Source of the DNA: Lama glama
Taxonomy: Eukaryota
NCBI GenBank assembly: GCA_028534125.1
Contig: CM052816.1
Coordinates: 39,930,001-39,994,000, forward strand
Length of the DNA stretch: 64,000 nucleotides
Direction: 5' to 3'
In this document: piece by piece, positions 26,441 to 39,685 of the stretch
Position numbering within the stretch: position 1 is the stretch's first letter
Layout of the letters: every line of letters starts with the position of its first letter
Notes under the pieces: generated by a model
Told to the model about the DNA's origin: nothing
Database searches by the model: none
The model's input: the letters and a program-made list of their open reading frames with translations, nothing else
Made by a program: the position numbers and the translations under genes

Positions 26441-28629
26441 GAAATAAGTATGAATATGCATATTTTTCCATTAACATCAAGTAGGGACTTGAATTTTCAA
26501 ACCACAGATGAGGAAAGATATAAATAGTATAAGAAAATAAATGTGAAAAACAGGGTAGAGGAATGGAAGAAGATAGAAATAAATTAATTTTAGCAAAATA
26601 AGCTTATTTTGAAATCAAATTACAAGTATAAACTAACTTTCTTCTAAGCAGAGACTCTAATTCCTATACTTCAAGTGCTGAAGATGCTCCAGTGATTCAA
26701 GGTAGACAAAAAAAGAGGAAATTAGTCAAGATAAGATAAATTCTAACAAAAGATAAAATTGTTTTCACTATTTATGAATGTCATAAGAACGTTTTTGATG
26801 TAGATCTATTTCTCAAGGGTGGTTACCAAAAAGAAGTGCTGAAATATTCTGTAGCTACTAGAAGAATTTGCAAAAGTGTTAATAACATGCTTGCTTTTGA
26901 GTGTGTCTAAAGGAAATCAAAATGAAAATCTGCTCAAGCAAACTTGCTTTTAAAAACTCCACTAGATCATTAAAATAGTTTAATTTGGGACTTTGTAAAA
27001 AATTTGCTTACATGCCTATTTATAATATTGAAATATATATATATATAGGGTGTAATATAGCAGCAAGATATGGACCTTCCAGTACTCAATTTTGTACTTT
27101 CAAGAGAAAGCTCACCCTGCATATCACTCTTCACTAGCCATATTACTATAGAATAAGTAAACCAGTGTTCAATGGGTTTGGTTTTTTTTGGGAAGAATAT
27201 ATATTAATTTAGGCAAGTGAATTGTAACAATTTTAGTTCATTTTTCTCTACTGATGATATATAGTACTTCAGTTTTCACATTTTAATTAAAGTCAATAAT
27301 GAGAACCTGATACTTAATTAAATTATCCCTATTTCCAATATAATTAAATTCTGTATTCTGTATAATTGTTTTCATTCTTCACTCCATAAAATAACTTTTT
27401 CCCTCAGACCAGTGAATACAGTGACTTTATAAAAGCAGAAATTATCTTACTTAGTTAAAATTCTCAAAATTATATATATGCTTATATATGTATATAAACA
27501 TAACCCACCTAACCTAGTAATTGAATTCAGAAACATCTACCTTACCATTTCCACTTCAGTTTTCCACTTGGAGGAGTATATTTTCCTGATCCAATAAAGA
27601 AAGAAAATAATCTTTGATAGAATACCGTTCTTAAAGAGATATATGGAATGGAAAAGGTTTTTTTTCCCCTCCCATAGCCAATAATATATATATAAAAAAA
27701 AACTACCCACAGACATCTCTTAAGATTTCTCTCTTACTAATTATTCCAACTTTTCAGATGTCCTGTAGATACTCTTCTTCTTGGTGCTTCTTGATATCTC
27801 CACATGTGAATTGCTGCTCATTTCTTTTAAACATTGTTTTAAGTAAGGATCGCTGAGTCAAGTCAAAAAAAATGGGGCTAAGTTTGTATAAGGGTACAGA
27901 AAATGCTATTCATTGGAGGGCCTAAAAACTCTGGAAATGAATGTGTAAGATTGATTTTAGAAGAGTTAAACTAAGAAATAAGTAGTGTGGACTAGAGCAT
28001 AAATTACAAAGTCATGGTAGAGTATAAGACCTTATGTAACTTTAAATTTCATGTGATTTGATTCACATACCTGAATAAAGATTACATTATTGAGAAATTG
28101 AAAGGATTTGGTCAGGGAAAGAAGTATAAAAGAGGATGTGTCAGTGCTTCCAGCACTGTGCAGACAGAGGATGTGTGTGGGCCTTTGCAGCAAATAAGAC
28201 TTTACACTGGGGACATTTGGTGGTTGTATCTTGGTGTCACTCTATGCTAAGATTACCCAGCTAAAGCCTTTTGTGCTGATTCTATGCTCACCACACTGTC
28301 AGTTGTAAGTAAAAGAAGTTAAAAAGAAGGGGGAAGCTGAATGTCTCAGATAACAGAAAATCTGAATTATAGTCTTCAGGAACAGCTGTATTCAGTTGGC
28401 TATACTTTAGTTGACTCCATTCAGGTAGCCTGTAACTATGTGGCAGCAAGAATACTAGCTTATATTCAGTCATTTAAACACTGAATGGAATGGCTGAGTT
28501 CATTTTATTTTCCATATTTCCATCAGAAATCCCAGGGTTTCATCTCATTGCCCATCTTTGAACTCTGTGGCTGAAGCTGGGGGCAGCAGGGGAAGAGTAA
28601 AATGGGCATGAATTCTAGGACAGTGCATT

Positions 28630-28735
28630 CTTCTTGAGATCAATGGCTTTATCTGTCTTATTCTATTACTATATTTCCAGCATCTTAAAACACTGCTTGT
28701 CACATTATAGGCACTCCATAAATATTATTATAAGA
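28630..28735 (+). mobile_element. L2 3' terminal fragment
   Basis: CACATTATAGGCACTCCATAAATATT is the L2 tail motif. Confidence 0.6.
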
Positions 28736-29169
28736 GATGAAAAATGTTAAAAATTATTGTCCAAGTCTAGGCCAAGGACTTAGAACTCGTCGAACTGGAG
28801 AATGAAATTGGTTACTTGTGTAATGGAGTAAGAAATGGTAGGGTGTTTTCAAGGATTCAAAAAAATTGGTATGAAAAGCAAAATGAGATCAGTCTTCACA
28901 GAAATGATATAACAAATGTCCACTAAAGGAAGCAAACCCCATAGAGATTGTCCTTTGCAGAGAGAATGGACTGATCATTAGAAAAGAGAACATGTCCATT
29001 GCTTATATTTTAAAAAAGACTTTCATGTATGTGCAAAAGTAGGCATTTTACTTTCTTGTTTAAATTATTATTTCTTGAGATTAGTTTATCCTGAACCAGT
29101 TCGCAAGAATTTGATCACCTGTGAATAGATTAATGATCAACTGTTTAGTATATATTTCATCTGTCACAG

Positions 29170-29193
29170 GTGAGACTCTGACGTTAGACTACG
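29170..29193 (+). other. Candidate 24-nt microexon (phase 1-1; xETLTLDYx)
   Basis: atttcatctgtcacag|GTGAGACTCTGACGTTAGACTACG|gtaagc; open only in phase 1; contains two CpGs. Confidence 0.3.
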
Positions 29194-29574
29194 GTAAGCA
29201 AACCAGAGACTTGCAACAATGAGTAGGTAAAGACTGAAGTCACTAAGTCTGTTATAATTCAATATAAATAGGAAAATAGGAGAGAGCTAAAGGAAATTAC
29301 ACTCAACATGAGTTACCAAGGATTGCAGTAAATTTTTTAAATGTTTTATTTATTCATGCCAAAGATAGAATTGTCTTTGTGACCAACTTCTCCCTTTGTT
29401 TTATATTTAAGTAGATTGGCTCTAGAAAGGAAGAAACAAGAAAACTAATTTTATAGTAATCATTTAAGTAAACATGTATTTATTTATATAATAAATATAG
29501 TAAATAAAATTGTGGAGTAGAAAAGTGATGAATTTTTAAAATTCTGCATCTGAGCTTCATGATATTCGTAAAGT

Positions 29575-29930
29575 TTAATCATTTTGTCAGTCTAACCACC
29601 AGCGTTGATAAGATTTGGACATGGGGCCTTTAGGGAATAATTAGGCTTAGATTAGGTTATGAGGGTGGTGCCCTGGTGATGAGATCTGGTGAACAGATAG
29701 GAGAACCCTCTTTTTCTGCAGATGCACACACACCAGGGAGTTTAGGTGGACACACAGTGAGATGGCTGCCATCTGCAGTCCAGAAATAAGGCTCTCACGA
29801 GAACCAGTTCTGTCAGCAGCTTGGCCTGGGGCGTCCTGGACTCCACTCCAGAACTGTGGTAAATAAATGTCTGTTGTTTAAGCTACCCGGTCCATGGTAT
29901 TTTATTATAGCAGTCCAAGCTGACTAAGAT
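29575..29930 (+). mobile_element. MLT1A-like MaLR LTR
   Basis: GGGGCCTTTAGG...ATGAGGGTGG and the end CCAGAACTGTGGTAAATAAATGTCTGTTGTTTAAGCTACCC...CTGACTAAGA. Confidence 0.85.
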
Positions 29931-30441
29931 GCTCACCAAAAGTATGCAAGAAGCATACAGCTCTGATTTGTTATGAGCATCCATTTGTGACCATAAGGGA
30001 AGCCAGTCTGATGATAAGATTAATAAATAAAAGTGGAAAATTGAAATAATTAGGAAAAAAAGACACAGAAATTCTGATTGAAACTGTCTGAAATTTGTAC
30101 CAGTCAACAAATTCACATATTAAGACAGCCGAAATTTTCAGAAATCCATTTCAAACTATCCCTGCTGAGAAACTTTCATCACTCCATGGAAACTATCTCA
30201 TTTATTTATTTACACCATTGTGTACTTATTCAGATGTCCCAGGACCTGGGAACTTCTCGCATACAAACTTGTAGTTTGTACAAATTCCAGTCTGGGTCAG
30301 CTATTTACTTATATTTTTGTTTTGTTTATATTAACCAATCAACTCATAACTCCTATTAGCTATAGAAATCTTTCCTTCTGGTTCTATTTTTTTAAAGGTT
30401 CATGAAATTTTCTCCAGAGACACATTTCAAAATACATTTTT

Positions 30442-30915
30442 TGGTAGATTGTTTTCAAATATAGTTGAAAAAATTCTTCTGATGATCTTTTCCAACATGA
30501 CTTTGCCCAACTCCCACAAAGAAGTGGAGTCTGTATCAGCTCCCCATGAATCTGTGACGGTCTTCTGACTCTGACTAGTCGAATGTGGCAGAAGTGAAGT
30601 CACTTAGGATGACTTCTGTACTTTATCTCTTGGAATAGTGCTCTCAAGTTGTATGAGGAAACTGGGTAGCCTACTGGATCATGACAGGCCACATGGAGGA
30701 GAACCAACCCTCCCCATCTAACCAGTAACAATTGCCAGAAAAGTGAGTGAGGCAATCAGAAACCTCGTCCAACCCAGCTGACTTTCTGATAAATGCAGGC
30801 AAAATAGCAGAGGAGTCATCCAAGCAATCCTCAGAATCATGAGAAAACACAAATTATTGTTATCTTAAGCCAGTAATTTTAATGGTTTATTGTGCAGCTG
30901 CTGATTTCTGAAACA
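30442..30915 (+). mobile_element. MLT1H-like MaLR LTR
   Basis: AAGAAGTGGAGTCT, GAATGTGGCAGAAGTGA, GGCCACATGGAG and CAGAATCATGAGAA...TTAAGCCA...CTGAAACA. Confidence 0.75.
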
Positions 30916-32595
30916 GAAATATTGAACACAAGTATCACACCACCCCAAAAGAAGCAATGACATTTCTGAACCTAATGGACTTACGTATGCATCTAGATAT
31001 GAACATTTAGTTAAATGTTAATGCATAAAGAATTTTACATAAATAAAGTATTTTAAAACATTCTATTTTTATCTATATATTATATTTCATTTATTGTAAA
31101 TTTAACTTGTAAAAACAAAAATGATAAATACCAGATAATTGGGTCTATTATATACTTTTTAAAGTAAACTTCATAAATCACCTGTTTTACTAAAGCATAG
31201 TCTTATTATAGAGTGTACAGCTCAAGGACATGTTATAGCTATTTTTAATGATGTTAATTAATCTTTTGTTCTCAAGAGACCTTAAGATAAGCATAAACTC
31301 TATCCTCATTCTTTTCCTATCAAATGTAGTTGATGTTGGTTTAATTCATTAAATATACAAGTGGGCATCAGAAGGGATGAAACTCCAGAGTTATTAGGAA
31401 GTAGGGTTGTCTGAAACTGGAATGAAAGTTGTAAGACCAGATATAGCTGGGTAGGGCTCATGGCACACACAATGAACCAAAGTAGCTGGTAGATGTATTT
31501 TTATGTATTACTATGCTTTGGGTTCAGCTTTTTGCAGTTTTCTGTGTTCACCTCATGTTTCTCATGAAGAAGATTCCACATAAGCAAACATAAAATTCAG
31601 TCTATGCTTAAATTGTTGCCAGTATATCAATTGCAATGGAACATGTCCATTATCAAAACAAGCATTATAGCAGAAATGATTGTACCTTGAATTACTCATC
31701 TCTTAAAACCCATTCTCTTAATTCATTTACTGAGTTTAGACAAAAACTTCCTTTTTTGTTTCTTTGGTGCTTGTAATATATTTGACCTATTATTTTCAAT
31801 ATAGTTGAGCTTCAGAAGCTACACTTCTAGAATAGATTATATGCCCAATGTGAATCCTTCAAATTAATGGAAAGTTTCTGAAAGATAACTGTCCTGCTGT
31901 TTCAGCCTGTTTCACATCATATAATTTAAATTCCTTCTCTAGGAAGCAAACTGGGAAATGGACAAAACAAATGAAGATATATTTACTAAGAGGTTATTGT
32001 TGGAACTAATAGTGTAGTGTCCTCTCACTCTTTGTAGAAACAAGAACCACAGGATCCTCAAAGGATGCTTTACTAACCTGCTTTAATGTATTCGCTTCCA
32101 AACAGCAACCTTAGTCATTGTCTCACACTTGTTCTCTGAACGAGAGATTTGTGGTATTTCAAACTCACTGCATAAGATAAAGAGAACCTAGGCTAATAAT
32201 GGGCAGATGTCAGTTCTTCACTGCCAGACGAATGGAGGGAAGAAATTAAAGGAGGTCTTATCATTACTGCATCCATTTTTTAATTGTTCGCTGTTCTGTC
32301 AAAGGTGAATACCAATCCAATTATTTTTATGAATTCATTCTACCAAATAAATAAATGGTGTTAAACATAATAGAGATTTAAGGGAACTCAATTCCTTCTA
32401 TTCATAATTGTCAGTTCCTCCCAGAAATTAAAGGTAAACTATGAATTTATCTGGTCAGCACCCTTCCTCATGCATAATCACCAGTTGCAGGGAACAGTGA
32501 AGCCCTTCGTGACAGCTGCTTTGCAGTTCCCATTTGTTTGTTCCAGGTATATGGTTAAAGAAAAGCAAATAAGACATCAGACATCATTAATATTT

Positions 32596-32633
<38 letters not shown>

Positions 32634-32692
32634 TACACACACACACACACATATATATGTGTGTGTGCATGTTCTCTCTTTTTTTTTTTTTT
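32596..32692. repeat. Compound microsatellite (TA)n(CA)n(TG)n plus poly(T)
   Basis: Directly visible in the sequence. Confidence 0.95.
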
Positions 32693-32930
32693 AATTTCAG
32701 GGTCATGGGCAAACACCTTTAAGACTTTGGCATTTTTATGTTTTCTCCCCATGCAATTATCTAGCTTAAGCAGCTGAAAGTTTGGTGCTTATCACTTACT
32801 CAAAGATTATGAATTCAATTCTCCAAAAGGAAATGTAAATTGTGTCAAATCTAGTATTTCCTCTATAGGTTAGATGGAGTTTCAAATAGACACTCCTATA
32901 GACTGAACGTTTGTGCTCCCCCTAAATCCA

Positions 32931-33150
32931 GGCAGCCATGTAGGGGATCTCCAGAAGCACAGCAGACACCGTGTAAATGCAGTCTGGGAGCTCCAGGTGG
33001 ATATGCAGGTAGAAGGGCACCTGCTGGTGGGGCTTCACCTTCCTCCTCCTGGTTGTGCTCCTGCAGGCTGTGCAGCAGCAGGACCTGGCCCAGACACTCC
33101 TGGGTCCAGCCCCTTGACCAGATGTCCAGCAGGGCATTGTGAGCATCCTT
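32931..33150 (-). pseudogene. EIF3C: EIF3C pseudogene fragment (internal CDS piece, frameshifted)
   Basis: Minus strand reads [36 protein letters not shown], then after a frameshift [37 protein letters not shown]. This is colinear with recalled eIF3c [74 protein letters not shown]. Confidence 0.9.
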
Positions 33151-33159
33151 CAGTTCATC

Positions 33160-33345
33160 CTGTCTCGCCTTAAATGGTCCCAGAGAAGCCTTCCCTCATC
33201 CCACAATCTTTTCCTATCAGGAACTTTTCCTTTATAAGCATATATCATACAAACATAATAGAGCAACGGTGTGTTCTCCCTTGTTCATCACTTTCTATCT
33301 GGCCCCTACACAAACAGTAACTATTTGCTGAGTTAATAGAATGGG
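33160..33345 (+). mobile_element. L2 3' fragment
   Basis: CAGAGAAGCCTTCCCT, CTTGTTCATCACT and a TATTTGCTGAGTTAATAGAATG tail. Confidence 0.5.
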
Positions 33346-33427
33346 GTCACTAATTATTGAACTACTAAAAAGGGACACCCAAGATGATTTCTCAGTGACA
33401 TCAGTCATCATAGAAGTATGATGCATA

Positions 33428-33828
33428 CCATGGTGGACTGAATTATGTCTCCCCAAGATGCATATATTGAAGCTCTAGCCTCCTCTGTGTGACTGTATTA
33501 GAGATAGGGCTGTAAGGAGGTGATTAAGGTTAAATGAGGTCACAAGGGAGCAGCTTTGACCTGACACAGTTAGCGTCCTTATAAGAAGAGACACCAGAGA
33601 GTTTGCTTTCTCTGCCTCTTCAGACACACACACACAGGAAAGGCCACGTGAACCAACAGCTAGAAGGTGGCCATCTGCAAGCCAGGAAGAGAGCTCCCAC
33701 CAGAATCCAGCCATGCTGCACCCTGATCTCAGATATGTAGCCTTCGGAACTGTAAGGAAATAAATTTCTGTTGTTTAAGCTGTCCAGTCTGTAGTATTTT
33801 GTAATGACAGCCCACACTGACTAGAATG
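33428..33828 (+). mobile_element. MLT1A/MLT1A0-like MaLR solo LTR
   Basis: GGACTGAATTATGTCTCCCCAA...TTAAGGTTAAATGAGGTCA...CCTTATAAGAAGAGAC...AATAAATTTCTGTTGTTTAAGC. Confidence 0.9.
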
Positions 33829-35013
33829 TTACCTTACGTCCATGCAAATCCTCTAGCCTCTAGCAGACAGTATTTTCAAGTTCACATTGGACGAGAGATT
33901 TGAAGAGATTTTTATTTTTGGGAAGTAAGATTAAGCCTCCTCACCTATCAGATGATTTATAAGAGGATCATAAAGGAAAAAACCCCACAAAATTCACAAA
34001 GTGCTATTGTAATGACTATAAATGAACATAAAGCTTAATGAGCTGCATTCAGCAGACACAAGAATTAGGTAAAGCCATTAATTTAATGGGAAATGTTAGT
34101 TCATAACAACCTAGTTACCCTTCCTGCCAAAGATTAAAAGTAAAGTTGTTGTCTGTGTTTTTTCATGTTAGGGACAGAATAATATTGACTGTTAAAACTT
34201 AGGTTTGTCAACTATTTGTCAGTATTTATCTTTAAAAAGGTAGCCAGGAAATATCAGTTGTAATATTTTGTCGTTTCAAGTTAAGATAACTTAAATATAA
34301 ATGATATTTGATATAGGATTTTATTTTCCAGACTTAAAATGAGCCAACATGTTCAGTATTTAAATTCTAATGAATTAAGGCAGTTCTGATGAATGTTATT
34401 ACTTTGCATTATTCCTCACTTCTTTAAGCATGCCCAGATGATGAAATGAAATTATAGGTAATGTTATGCATAGAAACATAGGAACACACCATTAATAAAA
34501 GTAAACACTCTCTCAGTTTTTTGTTTTTTAAGGCATGTTTATAATAAAAGTTTGAGAAGCAAGAATATGTTACACTGTATGTGTACAAGTAGTTTATTAT
34601 GGTAATATGTTCATCTTTAAGCAAATTAAATGATTTTAGCCTGCATCAAGCAATTTATTAATGCTGCATAAAATGATGTTACTAACCCATTACACCAAAA
34701 CAAGGTTTAGAGTGCTATATCCAGTAGTAATGTCTATTTGTTTTGAGTCTCCTGTCCTTGACTAATTGTTGGCCACATTGAAAAGTTAACTGACCTACAA
34801 AAGAGTTGTTCCTTTTTTTTTTGAGGTGTGGGATAACATGTTATAGAGACACTGTCTTGCCATACTAACATGGTTGCTCTAATACGTTATTTTAATCAAA
34901 CACAGATAAGAGTTCCACAATGTGAGAAGAACACATTCTAGCTTAAAAGAAAGGAAGAGAAAGAACAAAATGCACCTTGAAAGGATGTTCAGAGAGGGCA
35001 GTGTGTAACGTAC

Positions 35014-35120
35014 CCTTGCTGTCTGTACTAGAGTTATGGCCAGCCATCGGCTGCCAGGGAACCGCCTCACTGCTATTACACCTACTTCTGCTATTGCCCA
35101 ATTCAGTAGAAAATTCAGAT
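35014..35120 (-). CDS. Candidate internal coding exon; SEFSTELGNSRSRCNSSEAVPWQPMAGHNSSTDSK in phase 2 to 1; gene unidentified
   Basis: Acceptor ggaccttcattag, donor AGG|gtacgt. 107 nt, GC/CpG enriched relative to flanks, not repeat-like. A second frame is also open. Confidence 0.4.
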
Positions 35121-37147
35121 CTAATGAAGGTCCAGTAAACACAGAATAAACTTGAATAGACTTTGCATTACAGTACAATACAGTAGAAAAAAACTCTTCT
35201 TTAAAGTGATATGATAGTACAAGTAATTTTCACAACTTAGTTGTCATTCCCAACTAGAATGGTTCACTGATCAAATAATACAGTAATACAGGTTATCAAC
35301 TCCATAAAGAGCATTTAAATCACTCCTCTCACCTACCCTCTCTCATTCCTTCAACTGTTTACTTTCTACCACTTCAAATAGATGAGTTAGACAGACAGAG
35401 ATAGAGGAAGAAGTAGAAATAGAGATACACATTTCTTTTTTCATTCAGTAATGCTCAGATGTCTCTCCCTTGCTATCAAGTGCCTCCCTTACACACCTCA
35501 GATTACATTTCAGTTTTTTATTATTGTCACATTTCCTTCACATATCTCTTCTTTCTTCTGTCCTCTGCCCAAGGTCCTTAGCAAACTCGTGAGGAAAACT
35601 AAATATGCCACACTGGGGTAAGGCTGCTTGCTACCTAAGACTGCCTTCATGCCAACTTGGCTGACACCATCAAGGAAGGTGTTTAAAGCCACTGGATAAA
35701 TCAGAATTTTGTATTTATAATCAGTTCCTTTTTAATTTTCTGATTTAGTTTTGTATCCATATTGATTCTTCTCTTTACTTCAGGAATTTTCCTCTATGCT
35801 TGTTATGACCTTTGCTGTCATCACGTTGCCTACTTGTATACTTGACCCACCCTTTACATCGGTGGCCCTCAAAATTTCAAATGTGTACATTTTCCCTGTG
35901 GCACATGTTAAACCTCTAATTCAACACACATTCTTAGCAATTCCTATCCTGTAATACCTGTATTTGCAGTCTGTTCTGACTAATGCCTAGCAATTTTTAT
36001 TCAGTTAGTACAAGTTGGTCCTTTGAATTAGGAATAAAGAGGGATCTTCATAACATCATTTAATCCCGGGCAGCAGATGTGCTTAGGTGAACGACAGAAG
36101 AGACATTCATACACACTATCCCTTTTGTATCATTGACTCCAAATATATGTATACAATTATAGACACTTATAGCGTATTTTTTAATAGATAATGGATAAAG
36201 AGATGGATGGATAGAAACTGGAATCACATATCTGAGTGGATGATACAATATAAATCTAATCTGAAATAGATAATGGTTTCATAAGATAGAAAATACATTA
36301 TAGTGAAAATGGGAGAATGCCACTTCTATATCACAGTATTCAAATAGACTTATAGCATATTACAACAATGAAAAATTATTGCATATTATTCAGATACCAC
36401 ACATGAATGGCTGAATGAAATTGGTTGTGTAATGCAGCTGAGATATTAGAAAGTTGTAAAAGCTGTTATACACGGGGATAAAATATCTCCATCTGCTTTC
36501 CTACTTGGTAAATGAGCAGGACAAACTTCTATAAAATATTTCTTTTCGTATGAGATTTTAGTCTTTTTTTTTTTTGCATAGCTTCCATAATGCCTCAGAC
36601 AATGTCCATTTAATTTGATGAATGTGTTTTTTGTTCAATACAAAATAGCTATAATAACCTAAAAGGCCTAACCCTCCTGATGTGCTCTGAATGTACAGAA
36701 GCTTCTGGAAAAAACTGGATGAGTCAGGTATAGTCTGTCTAATTGAAGCTGTCAAAATAACAGATTTGGAGGCTATTTGGGCTATTGGAATATTGTAATG
36801 GAATATGACAATTGAAAAGTATAGTGCATCCTCCAAAATAGATCTGCCCTTTTCTGAGACCTTACTGGGCGTTAAAATGGAAGCACTACAGTAACTATAA
36901 AAAAGAAACAGTGAAATGTAGCTGTAAAATTAATTCAATAACAGATGGTCAAGAGAGAGATTATTGAACCCAGTATGAGAAATTGTGGTATCTATTATGA
37001 TGTTTAAAATATAGCAGGTAGAGAGAAATGACATATTCCATTTTAAATTCCATAATTTATAAAAGAGTAATTTTCTTTGTCATTTAAAAGAAATAATAAG
37101 GAGAAAAATTACAGTGTACCAGTGTGCTAAATGATAGTTCTAACAGG

Positions 37148-37560
37148 TATTCATTCAATTGCTTCTTCAACAAATATTTATTTAGCGCCCATTATGAGTT
37201 AGCCACTGAAGAAGGCACCAAGGATACAAAAATAACTAGGATACAGTTTCATTTCTTGAAGAACTCAATTAGGTGAGGAAGAACAGAAAAGTAAAAGGGC
37301 AAATACAGATATAAGATAAATACAGGTAGATGAGAGAGAGAGAGAAAGACGGGTAAATACATAGGTAACATACATTGTCAAAACTAGGCATTGAAAGAAC
37401 TGTTACATTCACACAGAAGGAACAGGGCTCAGGAAGGCTTTTGCAATTGATATTTGAGCTAGATACTGAAGGACAGATAGGTACCACATGAGGACCGGCC
37501 ATCTGAGACAAGCAAGTTCAAAGATAGTCCAACATGGCTAGCATGTAGAGTGCAAATGGC
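37148..37560 (-). mobile_element. L2 3' fragment
   Basis: ATTCATTCAA...CAACAAATATTTATTTAGCGCCCA and TTTGAGCTAGATACTGAAGGA. Confidence 0.75.
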
Positions 37561-38269
37561 AATAAAATAATCCTTGGTTCATAGCCTGCATTTGAGCTTA
37601 AAATTTTTACTTAGCTTTATTTGGCATACTCATGTCCTTCTCAGGAAAATGACAAGGATAAATAAACACTTTAGTGTTTCTTCCAGTTCCAATTTTTCAT
37701 GCTTTTATTAATTTCAAAATGTTTGCAGAATTTAAACATCTGTATATATTACCTTCAACATTCTTTTCCATGGCTTTAATTTTTCTCTTACTAACCAGAA
37801 CTTGATGTTTTCCAGGTCCCGCTTTCAAAATACTTTAGTTTGGTGTGCCACTGGTAGTACTGTCCCCAAATCCTGACCTAACTGTATCCCCCTCTGCTTT
37901 AACATGCATGCCCTGTATAGCTCAGTCTCTCATATCATTGCTAAATTAACTAATTTCTGTCAACTAAATATAGCAATTATATTGGTGAAGGTTCTTGGCC
38001 AAGTGATTTGACAAGGAATTTCTGGAGTAAACAATTAATGTATTCAATTGTATATTTGCCAGTAATGGAATGAGCTCCAGTAGATAGATGGTAGAAAATA
38101 TTTACAGTCGGAGTCTTTTCATGGATTCCTTCTTACATACTATGCATGTATCCATGTATCTGACTGAACTGAATAAGTTCTAGTGTGTGTAATATTAAGA
38201 TGACACAGGAAAGGAAGATCTCCAGAAGTCAAATTACCAAATTTTAAAATGAAATATTTAAATTTTAGG

Positions 38270-38410
38270 AGCTTTGTGGCCCAAAGTAGGTTATTTCCCT
38301 TTCAGATCCTCAGTTTCTTCATCTACTGAAGTGGAAGTTCCAGAACAAACTGTAGATTTAATGTGAGATATACATGAGGAAATGCATTTGAAATGTGTAA
38401 TACTATACAA
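38270..38410 (+). mobile_element. MIR SINE
   Basis: CCTCAGTTTCTTCATCT core. Confidence 0.65.
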
Positions 38411-39294
38411 CTGAGACATTTTAATATTTGGTAATAGATTACAACATGTATAAAGATTTACAAACATAAGGATATATTGGCAGAGAGGCAGTTGTATCTT
38501 GATTGGTCCAAGATACCTTCTTGGGAAAAGTGTGCTTTGAGTGATGAGCATTCTGTAACCTACTTGAGGGTATTAGAATTTTGCCAGGGGCTGGCCCAGG
38601 GATAGCCTAGGTGAGAAGAACTGAGTCAGGATGGATGCTGAGGACAGAAAAAACCCAGCCTCTACTGAGGAACAAGGGCCAAGGAGGAGGTGCAGGAGGT
38701 TGGGATGACACAGGGAGTTCAGATTGAGTATTTTGCAGTCTGTGTGGAATTGTCTAAGGTGATTATTTGAAGGGAAAATAGTGATGGGATTTTTTAGAGA
38801 ATTGCATGAATTTATGACCATCTGCCAGGATGCAAACTGAGCTTACTATTAATAATTTTATGAAAGTTAAATGTTGATACTCTACATTATATCACTTAAT
38901 TTATTATTTTGTGGTGATACGTACTGTCAATTTTTTAAATTCTTATAAACATAGTATTTGGCTGTTGTGAGATACAGATAACTTAGTGATTTTGGAAGAA
39001 ATAAACCAATTTTCACAAATTAAAAAAATCCCTTTGGGCATTAGAAAACAAAATAATAATTGTTCACTGTGCAAAAAAGTGCAGAAAGGACAATAGTTTT
39101 ATTCAGAAGCCGCAGTAAATGTACTATGTAATATAAGATAAGGGTTTCTAGCCTGGCTCCATCTTAACAAGTAAAAAGGTTAATAAACTGAAAAATCAAC
39201 AAGTATTCTTAGATTCATCAGAGAAAGGAAGTCACAGGGAAAGCCAGTGCCTCCCAAACTGGAGAGAGACAGATTAATGGATACACAAATAGTT

Positions 39295-39685
39295 TATCTA
39301 GTTTATATAAAGAGAGGTGTTTATTATAACGAGCTTACTCATGAGTTTGTGAAGGCTTGGCAAATTCAAAATCTTCAGGGTAGGCAGGCACTGAAGACCC
39401 AGGGACCAGCTGCAGTTTGAGTTCAGATCCAGTCCGCTGGCAGAATTTCTTGTTGCTTGGGGAAGTCAGTCTTTTTCTATTAAGGTCATCAGCTGATTAG
39501 GTGAGGCCCACCCACATTGAATCACATATCCACATAGAGAGGATTTATCTGTTTAACTCAAAGTTTACTGATTTAGATGCCAATCTCATTTTTAAAAATT
39601 TCTCCGGAAACATATAGAATAATGTTTGACCAAATATCTGGATACTGTGTCCAAGCTAAATTGATGCATAAAATTAACCATCATG
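39295..39685 (-). mobile_element. MLT2 (C/D-like) ERVL LTR
   Basis: CTGATTAGGTGAGGCCCACCCACATT...AATAATGTTTGACCAAATATCTGG...CATAAAATTAACCATCA. Confidence 0.85.

Noticed and set aside
27546..27629. Minus-strand 84-nt exon-like segment with a GTAAGG donor
   Set aside because: Ambiguous acceptor and frame, background composition, no recognisable peptide. Cannot be separated from a cryptic exon.
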